A DNA stretch of 27,545 nt from positions 1 to 27,545 of the IMG/VR virus record IMGVR_UViG_3300021408_000050, one strand, 5' to 3'. This stretch comes from a virus. Lineage: Duplodnaviria; Caudoviricetes. This document shows positions 18,706-26,194 of this stretch, in pieces. The notes beneath the pieces were generated by a model, which was given only the letters and a program-made list of their open reading frames with translations, did no database searches and had not been told where the DNA came from. Positions within the stretch are counted from its first letter, which is position 1; every line of letters begins with the position of its first letter. The position numbers and the translations under genes were made by a program.

Positions 18706-21700
18706 GTGTCGTAGAAGTCAAGCAATCACTCGGTTCATGGAATCTAAAGCTGAGTGATAAAACTCCTCGTCGTCTTCTCGATGCACTCACATACTTCGGG
18801 CACGTAGTTTTCATTCCTGGCAAGGTAAATCCTGTCCAGTATGGGGACAACGTTCTTGCACAGGCTCGATACGTAGGTGTGTACCGAGGACGCTCCTCAA
18901 AGAATCAGTTCGAACTGAAGGGATGCGGACTTTCTTTCTGGCTAGGAGATGAAGATAACAAGGGTGACATTCTCCAGACTCCGCACACTTTTCTCAGTGA
19001 GACTTTCGCGAACACCATTCGTGATTTGCTGCCCCCTCATGGAGCTATCACGGAGGGGACACTTCATTCTGTCGCGGGAACGTATAACGGACAGCATCAG
19101 TGGCAGACTTCTCGTGAAGCCATCACGTATGTAACTGACACTTTCAGCGCAGAATGGAAAGTCAACAACACAGGAACTCTTGACGCGGGAGCAATCGCAG
19201 ATCTTTTTGTGACAACTCCTGTAGCTCTTATTTCCCGAAAGATGCCGGGCAAGGATCCTCACATCCTCGGACTGCCCGGACAGATGGGAAGTGAAAGGGA
19301 TGTGGAGGACTACAGCACGCGAGTAGTTCTTTTGGCAGAAGGAGACGGAGCAAGTATTTACACGGGCTCTGCGGATGCTCCTTCAGTTCCCTTCAAAGAT
19401 CTGCATGGAAACACTATGTGGATGACTCGCATGGTTTCTGAATCCGGAACGGTGGCTGACAATGCTGATGCTCGTGCAGCGATGCAGCTTGGCAGGTTCT
19501 CCGGCACAAGAAATTCTGTAACTCTTTCTACCGATGCTTACGACGTGAAGGGAGATTTTGTTGTAGGAGATTATGTCTGGGTTTTTGATCCTGACAATGA
19601 GTTCGTAGATACTTCGAACCAAATTTCCTACCGGGGAGAACTTCTTTCACCACTAAAGATTCGTGTGGTGGAAATGACATGGCCTATCCAGGCTGGCTAT
19701 ACCGTTGCATTCCGAGACACGGATGGAAACTGGTTCGATCTCACGGACTACTATGTTCCGGAAGAAGGATCTACCAGTATTACCGTGGGAGAATTTTCTC
19801 GCTCGCTTACGTCTGCGGGATCTGAACCTACAACTCCCCGTGTAAATTACGACACGTCTACCCCTGCTGCTCCGACACTTAACACCCCATTCTCTACGTC
19901 CAGTTACATCAATGGCCGAGGAGAAAATAAAGCGCGGGTAGTGGTGTCCTGGAGCCAGCCACTGAACGTGGACGGCAGCACCATCACGGACGGAGACCAT
20001 TACGAAATCCAGTTCAAGACTTCTTTCGGCGCTACGTGGGGAACCAGGTATCAAAGTTTTGACAGTACAACGCTGACGGTTGAAGAACTTTCTCCGGCAA
20101 CTTCGTATGACTTCAAGGTTCGTTGTGTAGATCAGAACGCCAACATCGGTGCGTTCTCCGCAACGTCTACGATTGTTGCGAGTGTAGATGTAACTGCTCC
20201 GTCAACTCCTGCGGCTGCAACGGTGGCAGGAAACCCTATCCAGATTCAGGTTCTTCATGAGCTAGGAAAAGCTAGCGGAGGAACTTTCAATCTGGAAAAT
20301 GACCTGGACCATCTCGACGTTTTTGTGGGAATTTCGGCAGGGTTCACGCCTGGGGCAGGGAATTTCGTAGGTTCGATCTCTGCTACTTCATCGAATCTCG
20401 ATACAGGTTCTGCGGTCATCGCAAACTTTCCGATCCCAGATGACACCACAAGATATGTAAAAGTTATTGCTGTAGACCGCAGTGGCAACCAGTCTGCTGC
20501 TTCATCTTCTGCGTCTGTTTCTGCGCTGCTCATCGACACCATCAACATTGCAGACGCAGCAATCACCAACGCAAAAATTGATAGTCTTTCTGCCAGTAAA
20601 ATCACGGCAGGAACTATCACTGGTGAAGAAATTATTATTGCTGGTGGAACTTCTGGAATCCTTCGCAGTGATAATTTTGATGACACAGGTACGGGTGCTG
20701 GATGGAGTATTAATGGTGATGGTGAAGCTGTAATAACCAGTCTCCGAACTGGCCCTACAGGTTCTGCCCGTGTAGCCATCGGAGACAGTACGGGTGCGCC
20801 TTCTGGAATTCCCATTCAGTCGATGGTCTGGCTCTACACCGGAGACGGGTCGGAGAACACCGGAGGATACGTATACGGGGCTGTGGAGCCTGCTTCCGGT
20901 ACGACTCGGCGCGCTGGTCTTACGCTGCGTTCTCCGCGCTTCACATCGTCTCTGAACGGTTCTTCGTTCGTTCAGATCCAGTCGCAACCGGCAGATGCTT
21001 CAAGCAGTCCCACAATCACGATCCAGACAAGTGATGGCACAGCAGGAACTGTAAACTTCAATACTGCTCGTGTAAAAATGCTGGACTCTTACTTGGACCT
21101 GGACGACAACGGGCGGTTGTATTTCTCCGAGACAAATGGAGATTACATCAGTCATACCGGCAACGGGTTCGAGATGCGGGACAACAGTGCTCTGACAGGA
21201 TCAAGTCTTTCTGTCGGCAAGGTATATCTGGAAGACAGGCGTATCCATTTCCAGGGTGTTGCTAACTCTCTAATCAATGTTGATTACATTGACTTCGATG
21301 AGACGGATAATAGGTTTGACTTTGTAGCTGACTCGGACCAGAACTTTTCCAAGGTTCATGCCGGGGCTGCAATTGTCGGATCGTTCGGGAACGCAGACTC
21401 TGCATACTTCGGGCATGACCAGAACTTCACGTCTGGTGCGTGGGCTCTGCGACAGACAGACTCCAACGGAAAGACAAACCTGAATGCTCCGAGTGGTGGA
21501 ATCGTCGCCATCTCTGTTCAGGATGATGATCTGGTGACATTCGAAGATGGTGGATCCACTACCATCATGACGATGAATAATCCTCTTCCTACGGGAACAG
21601 GAACTCCGGTTGTCAGTAATGCCTCACAACTTTACCGGGATACTTCTTCCAGGAGATTCAAGGAAAACATTCAGCCGATAGAATATACAGGGGATGTTCC

Positions 21701-21926
21701 TCCGGTATTTTTCCTGTCCCCTCGTTCCTTCGATTGGAAGGCGGGAGTAGGAACTTACGTCCCAAGGATGGATGGCCTGATTGCTGAGGAAGTCCAAGAG
21801 TTTATTTCTTCGGCAGTAGTGACAAGCGAAGACGGAACAGTGGAAGGTTTGAACAACAATGTTCTTGTAGGAAACATCATCGCAGGATTGAAATATCTGA
21901 AGGATCGTCTCGATAGCATGCAGTGA
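18702..21926 (+). CDS. Minor tail protein: hub + FN3 domains + fibre with C-terminal S74-type chaperone
   Basis: FN3 pattern (VSW...YEIQ...L.PATSYDFKVR); 'I.DAAITNAKI..LSASKITAGTI' stalk; 'SSRRFKENI...GLIAEEV' autocleaving chaperone motif. Confidence 0.85.
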   Translation: MSVVEVKQSLGSWNLKLSDKTPRRLLDALTYFGHVVFIPGKVNPVQYGDNVLAQARYVGVYRGRSSKNQFELKGCGLSFWLGDEDNKGDILQTPHTFLSETFANTIRDLLPPHGAITEGTLHSVAGTYNGQHQWQTSREAITYVTDTFSAEWKVNNTGTLDAGAIADLFVTTPVALISRKMPGKDPHILGLPGQMGSERDVEDYSTRVVLLAEGDGASIYTGSADAPSVPFKDLHGNTMWMTRMVSESGTVADNADARAAMQLGRFSGTRNSVTLSTDAYDVKGDFVVGDYVWVFDPDNEFVDTSNQISYRGELLSPLKIRVVEMTWPIQAGYTVAFRDTDGNWFDLTDYYVPEEGSTSITVGEFSRSLTSAGSEPTTPRVNYDTSTPAAPTLNTPFSTSSYINGRGENKARVVVSWSQPLNVDGSTITDGDHYEIQFKTSFGATWGTRYQSFDSTTLTVEELSPATSYDFKVRCVDQNANIGAFSATSTIVASVDVTAPSTPAAATVAGNPIQIQVLHELGKASGGTFNLENDLDHLDVFVGISAGFTPGAGNFVGSISATSSNLDTGSAVIANFPIPDDTTRYVKVIAVDRSGNQSAASSSASVSALLIDTINIADAAITNAKIDSLSASKITAGTITGEEIIIAGGTSGILRSDNFDDTGTGAGWSINGDGEAVITSLRTGPTGSARVAIGDSTGAPSGIPIQSMVWLYTGDGSENTGGYVYGAVEPASGTTRRAGLTLRSPRFTSSLNGSSFVQIQSQPADASSSPTITIQTSDGTAGTVNFNTARVKMLDSYLDLDDNGRLYFSETNGDYISHTGNGFEMRDNSALTGSSLSVGKVYLEDRRIHFQGVANSLINVDYIDFDETDNRFDFVADSDQNFSKVHAGAAIVGSFGNADSAYFGHDQNFTSGAWALRQTDSNGKTNLNAPSGGIVAISVQDDDLVTFEDGGSTTIMTMNNPLPTGTGTPVVSNASQLYRDTSSRRFKENIQPIEYTGDVPPVFFLSPRSFDWKAGVGTYVPRMDGLIAEEVQEFISSAVVTSEDGTVEGLNNNVLVGNIIAGLKYLKDRLDSMQ

Positions 21927-21944
21927 GAAAAAAAATGTAGAAAG

Positions 21945-21998
21945 AAAAAAAAGAGGCCCCGTCATCCCGGAGAAAATTTCCAGGAGCGGGGCTCTCTT
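21945..21998. terminator. Bidirectional terminator between convergent operons
   Basis: AAGAGGCCCCG...CGGGGCTCTCTT hairpin preceded by A runs; lies between convergent genes. Confidence 0.75.
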
Positions 21999-22008
21999 CG
22001 TGTGCAAG

Positions 22009-22416
22009 CTACAGAGTGCTGCATGCCTTCTGCATGGCAGCTACCCGCTTGCTCCAGTCAGCCACTACTTCACCGTCTCGCAGATCTTCTGAACCACGAG
22101 CCAGGTTCATAGCTGCGTTGTAGATCTTTTTATTCTTGGCGAACATTGCTCCAGGATTCTTTTCAGAACCTGAGAGAAGTTCCGTAGTGATCTCAGTGGA
22201 CTTCAGTTCCTTCTCAGACTTTCCCGAGAAGAACTTACAGGACCACTTTTCTGCACCTGGAATTATTGTCCTCTGCTGAACGCTGGGCTTGCTGGAAACC
22301 TTGGGAGCTTCTGGCTTTTCTTCTGACCCAGAACTTCCACAACCAGAAATTACAGTGAGGGCTATGGTGGCAGCTAACGCCACTATGAATTTCTTATCCA
22401 TGCTCTTGTTCATCAT
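22009..22416 (-). CDS. Lipoprotein
   Basis: KK + hydrophobic core + ISG-C lipobox, then S/P/K-rich linker; two further Cys. Confidence 0.8.
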   Translation of the reverse strand: MMNKSMDKKFIVALAATIALTVISGCGSSGSEEKPEAPKVSSKPSVQQRTIIPGAEKWSCKFFSGKSEKELKSTEITTELLSGSEKNPGAMFAKNKKIYNAAMNLARGSEDLRDGEVVADWSKRVAAMQKACSTL

Positions 22417-22769
22417 ACGTGCTTTCCCTTTGCATCATGCTTGTGCGGCTTGCCGTCGTGGTCAGAAAACTTGGGCTTGTCTTCCTGGTTGTTGTCCGGA
22501 GTTTCCACACCAGGACCATGCGGGGTGATGGCATCCGCATAAGTGGAAGATTCATCTTCTGCATCAGTCTTTACCTGGAACTCCTGAAGCTGAGAACGAA
22601 GCCCGCCGTTCTCTTCCACCAGACCAACAATCTCTTCCTGCGCCTGCTCCAGTGCAGCGTTCAGGATGGCATTCTGAGTCTCTACCTGTCCTACTCGTGC
22701 GGAGATCTCATTGACCTTTGCTTCGAGATGCTTAGCAACTCGCATCGGGTCTACAGACATTTCTACCAT
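22413..22769 (-). CDS. Coiled-coil hypothetical protein
   Basis: Heptad pattern over about residues 10-65; ATGA coupling to the lipoprotein gene. Confidence 0.75.
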   Translation of the reverse strand: MVEMSVDPMRVAKHLEAKVNEISARVGQVETQNAILNAALEQAQEEIVGLVEENGGLRSQLQEFQVKTDAEDESSTYADAITPHGPGVETPDNNQEDKPKFSDHDGKPHKHDAKGKHV

Positions 22770-22838
22770 GGTGACTTCACTTTCTCTAGAAATAAAACTT
22801 GCTACTGAGACAGCGCCAGATAAGTCTTGAAGTTTTCC

Positions 22839-23522
22839 TTATCCGGTACATCCTGGAGTATGTTTTCCATTGAATCTGCCGCAGGTTCCACAGGGGGCAG
22901 ACTTCACTTCTTCAGGAGCTTCCGGAATTTCTTCCTCTGTCTCAGCTTCTACAAGGGAAGAATCGAAATCTTCTGTGGGAGAAACTTCCATGTCTTCCGA
23001 AGAAGAGTCCTCATCCTCCCACGAGTCGGGCTCAACAATCTCCTCAGCCTGCTCAGTGGCCTCCTCCTGGGCTTCCTGCGGTTCCTCTTCGTGGTTCTGC
23101 ACCAGGGTCAGTACAGCCCCGTCAGAAACGTTCTCAGGAGTTTCTGCGACTACGTCAGTAACGGGAGAAGACTTCTTACTCTTGACGATCCGATACTTCT
23201 TCTTGGGAGGCATGTCAGGAGTCTCACTCTCTTCGGATTTCCAGAACTGGAAAACGATGATGGTCTTCCACCGGTTGTTCTTACCGCGACGAGTCTTGAG
23301 CTTCAATCCAGTCTCCGCACCCTTGGCACGAAGGATGGCAATGAAGGAAGCAGGAGCACAAGTAAAATCTGTGCCTTCCTTAACTTCCCATGCTTCAAGA
23401 TTTGTCCATCGCTTCCATGGATACTTCGAGTTCGGATGTTTGATGTTCTTTCCAGCTTCCCGGAAGTTACGAACCCTCCTGGCCACTGTCTTCCTCCTTC
23501 CTTCCAAAGATGTTTTCCGCAT
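22839..23522 (-). CDS. Hypothetical protein: basic N-domain, acidic linker, C-terminal CxxC-H-C
   Basis: 227 aa; ends CGTCGRFNGKHTPGC. Confidence 0.75.
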   Translation of the reverse strand: MRKTSLEGRRKTVARRVRNFREAGKNIKHPNSKYPWKRWTNLEAWEVKEGTDFTCAPASFIAILRAKGAETGLKLKTRRGKNNRWKTIIVFQFWKSEESETPDMPPKKKYRIVKSKKSSPVTDVVAETPENVSDGAVLTLVQNHEEEPQEAQEEATEQAEEIVEPDSWEDEDSSSEDMEVSPTEDFDSSLVEAETEEEIPEAPEEVKSAPCGTCGRFNGKHTPGCTG

Positions 23523-23985
23523 CGGTGATCAGAAGATTTTCCACTGGAGGAAGAAGCCATACCTCTAGCCTCAAAGACTCTGTGAGCTGAGGGTTATCAC
23601 TCAAGAACTTTTCTAGGAGGATCTTGTTTTCTGAGTAGAAAATCAGTTCGTTCTGTGAAAGGAACTGACGCTTCTTCTGAGAGAACCAGCCCCACCTGTC
23701 GAGATCGGAATACTCTGGCACTTCACGAGACTCAAGATTTTCCCCAGACAGATCCTTGCTGCCGACTAGGGGAGAACCACCATGAGTGACCTTGTACCAG
23801 CCTTGTCCGTCCTCGTCATCCAGAAGAGAAACGTACTTACCATACTTGACGAGAACGACCTTCCTACGCTGCCCCACCAGACCCCTTGCCCAGTACTGCG
23901 GGAACTCAAGAGTGTCTGTCACAGTACAGATGACGCGCATAGCGAAGCAGTTTTCACCGTTCCACTGCGTACGAACTTTGTTCAT
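23467..23985 (-). CDS. Hypothetical protein
   Basis: 172 aa; GGAG RBS; protein-like core 'LDDEDGQGWYKVTHGGSP'. Confidence 0.7.
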   Translation of the reverse strand: MNKVRTQWNGENCFAMRVICTVTDTLEFPQYWARGLVGQRRKVVLVKYGKYVSLLDDEDGQGWYKVTHGGSPLVGSKDLSGENLESREVPEYSDLDRWGWFSQKKRQFLSQNELIFYSENKILLEKFLSDNPQLTESLRLEVWLLPPVENLLITDAENIFGRKEEDSGQEGS

Positions 23986-24206
23986 GTTTTCTCTCCAGTT
24001 TCTTCGGTTAGCCAGCTTGCAGGTTGTAGAGAAAGCTTCTTGGTCTCTGGATTTCTTTCCCAGTAATAAGGCTTTCTGAAAAACCAGATGACTTCTAGTT
24101 TCTGTGGATGAAGTTGTTTTTCGTATGCGTTATCGATGATGTTAATTCCATCATCAAGATTGTTAGGACCTGAAGTAATCGTAATCTCCCCGAGGTACAG
24201 CCACAA
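23982..24206 (-). CDS. Hypothetical protein (start uncertain)
   Basis: Fills the gap; its stop is coupled by ATGA to the next gene. Confidence 0.45.
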   Translation of the reverse strand: MWLYLGEITITSGPNNLDDGINIIDNAYEKQLHPQKLEVIWFFRKPYYWERNPETKKLSLQPASWLTEETGEKT

Positions 24207-24378
24207 TGATGTGATGTGGATTTACTAGCACAGGATGTTTGAAGGTACTGTCATCTGCTACTAGCAGCAAGTCTTGGTCAGAAGAATTTGAGATGATCTT
24301 TCCTTCAACCATGCGACCTGAAGTCAGAAAGAAAATATATTCTTCCCCGACAGAAAAGTTCTTCTGAATAGTAGCCAT
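24163..24378 (-). CDS. Small Sm/Hfq-like fold protein (putative)
   Basis: TGATG-coupled start with GGGGAG RBS; 'YIFFLTSGRMVEGKI...LLLV...LVNPHHIIVAVP' parallels Sm1/Sm2 motifs. Confidence 0.55.
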   Translation of the reverse strand: MATIQKNFSVGEEYIFFLTSGRMVEGKIISNSSDQDLLLVADDSTFKHPVLVNPHHIIVAVPRGDYDYFRS

Positions 24379-24701
24379 CAGTTCTCCCCGCCATAATCGT
24401 GAGTGATAGTTTCTCCAAGCTTTCCGATCCACTTTTCTGCTGAAATAGCGAACTCTACTTCTTGCTTGAAGTATCCGGCCATCTCACCCATCACTTTTGC
24501 GGCCGAAGAAATCTGCTCCAGAACTTCTACTGGCAGGTCTCGCAGTAGGTCCATCGTCTTGGCAGACTCCCCACGGTATGCCCATTCAAAGGCACGCACA
24601 GTGCGGGAGACAGAATCAGAATCCATGATTACTTCATGGTTCTCTCGAAACTTCTGCTGAACTTCTGCCCACGAAACTTCTTCGGTGCCAGGTTCAATCA
24701 T
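24378..24701 (-). CDS. Hypothetical helical protein
   Basis: 107 aa; ATGA coupling; AAGGA RBS. Confidence 0.75.
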   Translation of the reverse strand: MIEPGTEEVSWAEVQQKFRENHEVIMDSDSVSRTVRAFEWAYRGESAKTMDLLRDLPVEVLEQISSAAKVMGEMAGYFKQEVEFAISAEKWIGKLGETITHDYGGEN

Positions 24702-24898
24702 CGTCGGTTGTCCTTACTCCAGTAGAAAGCGGCGAAGGCAGTAACACAGAAGACTAGCAGGAAGACCGGATGAAAACCTGAATCCTGCGGTACGAAGAAG
24801 ATAGCTACACCCGAACAGGTGCAGAGTCCCACGGTGACCAGCGGAAAGGTTGCTATGGCCCTTCTCTTCCACCGGACGATTCTGCGGTGAAGCTCCAT
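24698..24898 (-). CDS. Small two-TM membrane protein
   Basis: Basic N-terminus and two hydrophobic segments; TGATG coupling. Confidence 0.7.
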   Translation of the reverse strand: MELHRRIVRWKRRAIATFPLVTVGLCTCSGVAIFFVPQDSGFHPVFLLVFCVTAFAAFYWSKDNRR

Positions 24899-25083
24899 CA
24901 GAAGAACCTCTGTACCTCATACGTGACGAGCCAGAAGATTGCTCCGGAAATCCAGCCTGCTGCCCAGTTGTTGAATTTCTTCGAGCAGTAGGTTCGTGCT
25001 CGTGAGTGTGAAATTTTCACCTTCAAAAACATCTTGCGAGGAGAAGAAAACTTCTTAACTTCTGCTGCTTCCTGTACGGCCAT
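24898..25083 (-). CDS. Small protein with C-terminal TM segment
   Basis: ATG at 25083 after AAGGGA; hydrophobic WAAGWISGAIFWLV. Confidence 0.6.
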   Translation of the reverse strand: MAVQEAAEVKKFSSPRKMFLKVKISHSRARTYCSKKFNNWAAGWISGAIFWLVTYEVQRFF

Positions 25084-25139
25084 TATTTCTTGTCCCTTCC
25101 TAGCTACCTTCGTTCTGTTCCTTCTTGTCTCCAAGGTAG

Positions 25140-25192
25140 AGGGTGTATACGCACCCTGTCCAGCACTAGACTGGGCCGAGAGATATACACCC
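25140..25192. promoter_or_regulatory. Divergent control region with inverted TATACACCC sites
   Basis: AGGGTG-TATACG-CACCCT quasi-palindrome (25140-25157) and GATATACACCC (25182-25192) between divergent genes. Confidence 0.6.
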
Positions 25193-25217
25193 TGATCAGA
25201 CAGGCAGGAGAGGGGCT

Positions 25218-25409
25218 GTGCCGACCAAGGGAACGCCCAACCATCCGGTGAGGTACCCCAACGACAGATGGGAGGAGTTCGGCAGGATCGCAGGAAAGCG
25301 GGGAGAAGTACGTTCAGTGATTCTGCAAACTTTTATGGACCGCTACATCGAGACAGGAGGTGAGCCATACATCATCAAGAAAATTATCCGTCGTAGAAAG
25401 AAGAAGTGA
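25218..25409 (+). CDS. Ribbon-helix-helix DNA-binding protein
   Basis: 'TPNHPVRYPNDRWEEF...RSVILQTFMDRYI' strand-helix-helix pattern; AGGAG RBS. Confidence 0.7.
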   Translation: MPTKGTPNHPVRYPNDRWEEFGRIAGKRGEVRSVILQTFMDRYIETGGEPYIIKKIIRRRKKK

Positions 25410-25420
25410 AAGTTTCTACT

Positions 25421-25475
25421 ACTCCCTGGTTCTTGAGGAAGAAAGTTTTCTTCAGGAGCTGGGGAGTTTTTTTTT
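25421..25475 (+). terminator. Intrinsic terminator after RHH gene
   Basis: About 20-bp stem ACTCCC...GGGAGT followed by a T run. Confidence 0.8.
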
Positions 25476-25487
25476 GTGTCTATGCTC

Positions 25488-25613
25488 CGGACACCTCATG
25501 TCCGCAAGTAAGTTCCTTAAGAATATTCTGAGTGGACAGTATGTGTCCGGAGGTCCTTCGTTAGAAACAACCTCCGGACGTCTGGTGTCCGCCTAACCGG
25601 ACAGATCTGTCCG
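25488..25613. repeat. Array 1: four CGGAC(A/G)-N4-5-TGTCCG palindromes
   Basis: Units at 25488-25504, 25533-25549, 25575-25591, 25598-25613. Confidence 0.85.
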
Positions 25614-25630
25614 CAAAAACTTGCATAACC

Positions 25631-25802
25631 GCAGGTCAGAACGCCGCGCCCTTTATTCCCTTCTTAGTATTAACCGAGAGAAAGAGATAAAGAAGAAACA
25701 CGTGTGCGTGTGTACATGTAAGAACAAGTTCTAGACTAGTAAATAAAGTTAGAGAAAGTTATAAAGACATACTTTTACTAAGATAGATACCTTCTGACCT
25801 GC
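25631..25802. other. AT-rich tract bounded by 11-bp inverted repeat (candidate origin unwinding element)
   Basis: GCAGGTCAGAA (25631-25641) and TTCTGACCTGC (25792-25802) flank a markedly AT-rich non-coding stretch. Confidence 0.6.
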
Positions 25803-25807
25803 ACTAG

Positions 25808-25836
25808 TTGACCTATGCACCACGCTGAGGCATACT
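25808..25836 (+). promoter_or_regulatory. Candidate sigma70/HrdB-type promoter
   Basis: TTGACC-N17-CATACT, 30 nt upstream of the ATG at 25866. Confidence 0.55.
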
Positions 25837-25865
25837 GGAACCACGAACGATCCAGGAGGTTCAAA

Positions 25866-26165
25866 ATGCCGTACAAGCCGAATCATGGCTACCGAGGATG
25901 CCGGGAACGAATTGTTGAAGTGCTGGCTGACGGAGAAGGAAAAACTCTGAAGGACATCTCTTCGGCGCTACCGGAATATGTCTACGGTTACATTTCCAAG
26001 ATCATGAAAAGTCTTGTTGATGATGGAAAAGTTAACAGGATTTATCTCGGGGTGTACCAGCTTCCTCCGAAGCCGAAGAAGCGAAAGATCCGTATCATCC
26101 GAAAGAAGAAGACTTCAGATGTTGTTCACATGGATGAGTTTCGTTCTCGTCCTAAGAAGAAGTGA
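25866..26165 (+). CDS. Winged helix-turn-helix DNA-binding protein
   Basis: AGGAGG RBS; 'RIVEVLADG...TLKDISSAL...ISKIMKSLVDDGKVNRIYLGVYQL'. Confidence 0.8.
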   Translation: MPYKPNHGYRGCRERIVEVLADGEGKTLKDISSALPEYVYGYISKIMKSLVDDGKVNRIYLGVYQLPPKPKKRKIRIIRKKKTSDVVHMDEFRSRPKKK

Positions 26166-26194
26166 AGACTTAACTTCTAGGGAGGTGCCGTGCG

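Noticed and set aside
18702-21926. Diversity-generating retroelement or invertible tail-fibre switch
   Set aside because: No reverse transcriptase, recombinase or template/variable repeat pair was seen in the window.
22827-23568. Two long plus-strand ORFs (233 and 232 aa)
   Set aside because: Ser- and Leu-rich mirror of the Glu-rich minus-strand gene, which fits the leftward operon.
24698-24898. Calling the two-TM protein a holin
   Set aside because: No adjacent endolysin and it lies in a leftward non-late operon; topology alone is insufficient.
25360-25596. 78-aa plus-strand ORF
   Set aside because: Runs through a clear terminator and the palindrome array; no RBS.
25488-25613. Palindrome array as a CRISPR or mini-array
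   Set aside because: Units are 16-17 bp with variable centres and irregular spacing, and there are no cas genes; they fit protein-binding sites better.
26070-26111. Basic motifs as eukaryotic nuclear localisation signals
   Set aside because: Gene content, RBSs and operon structure are those of a bacteriophage; the resemblance is compositional.
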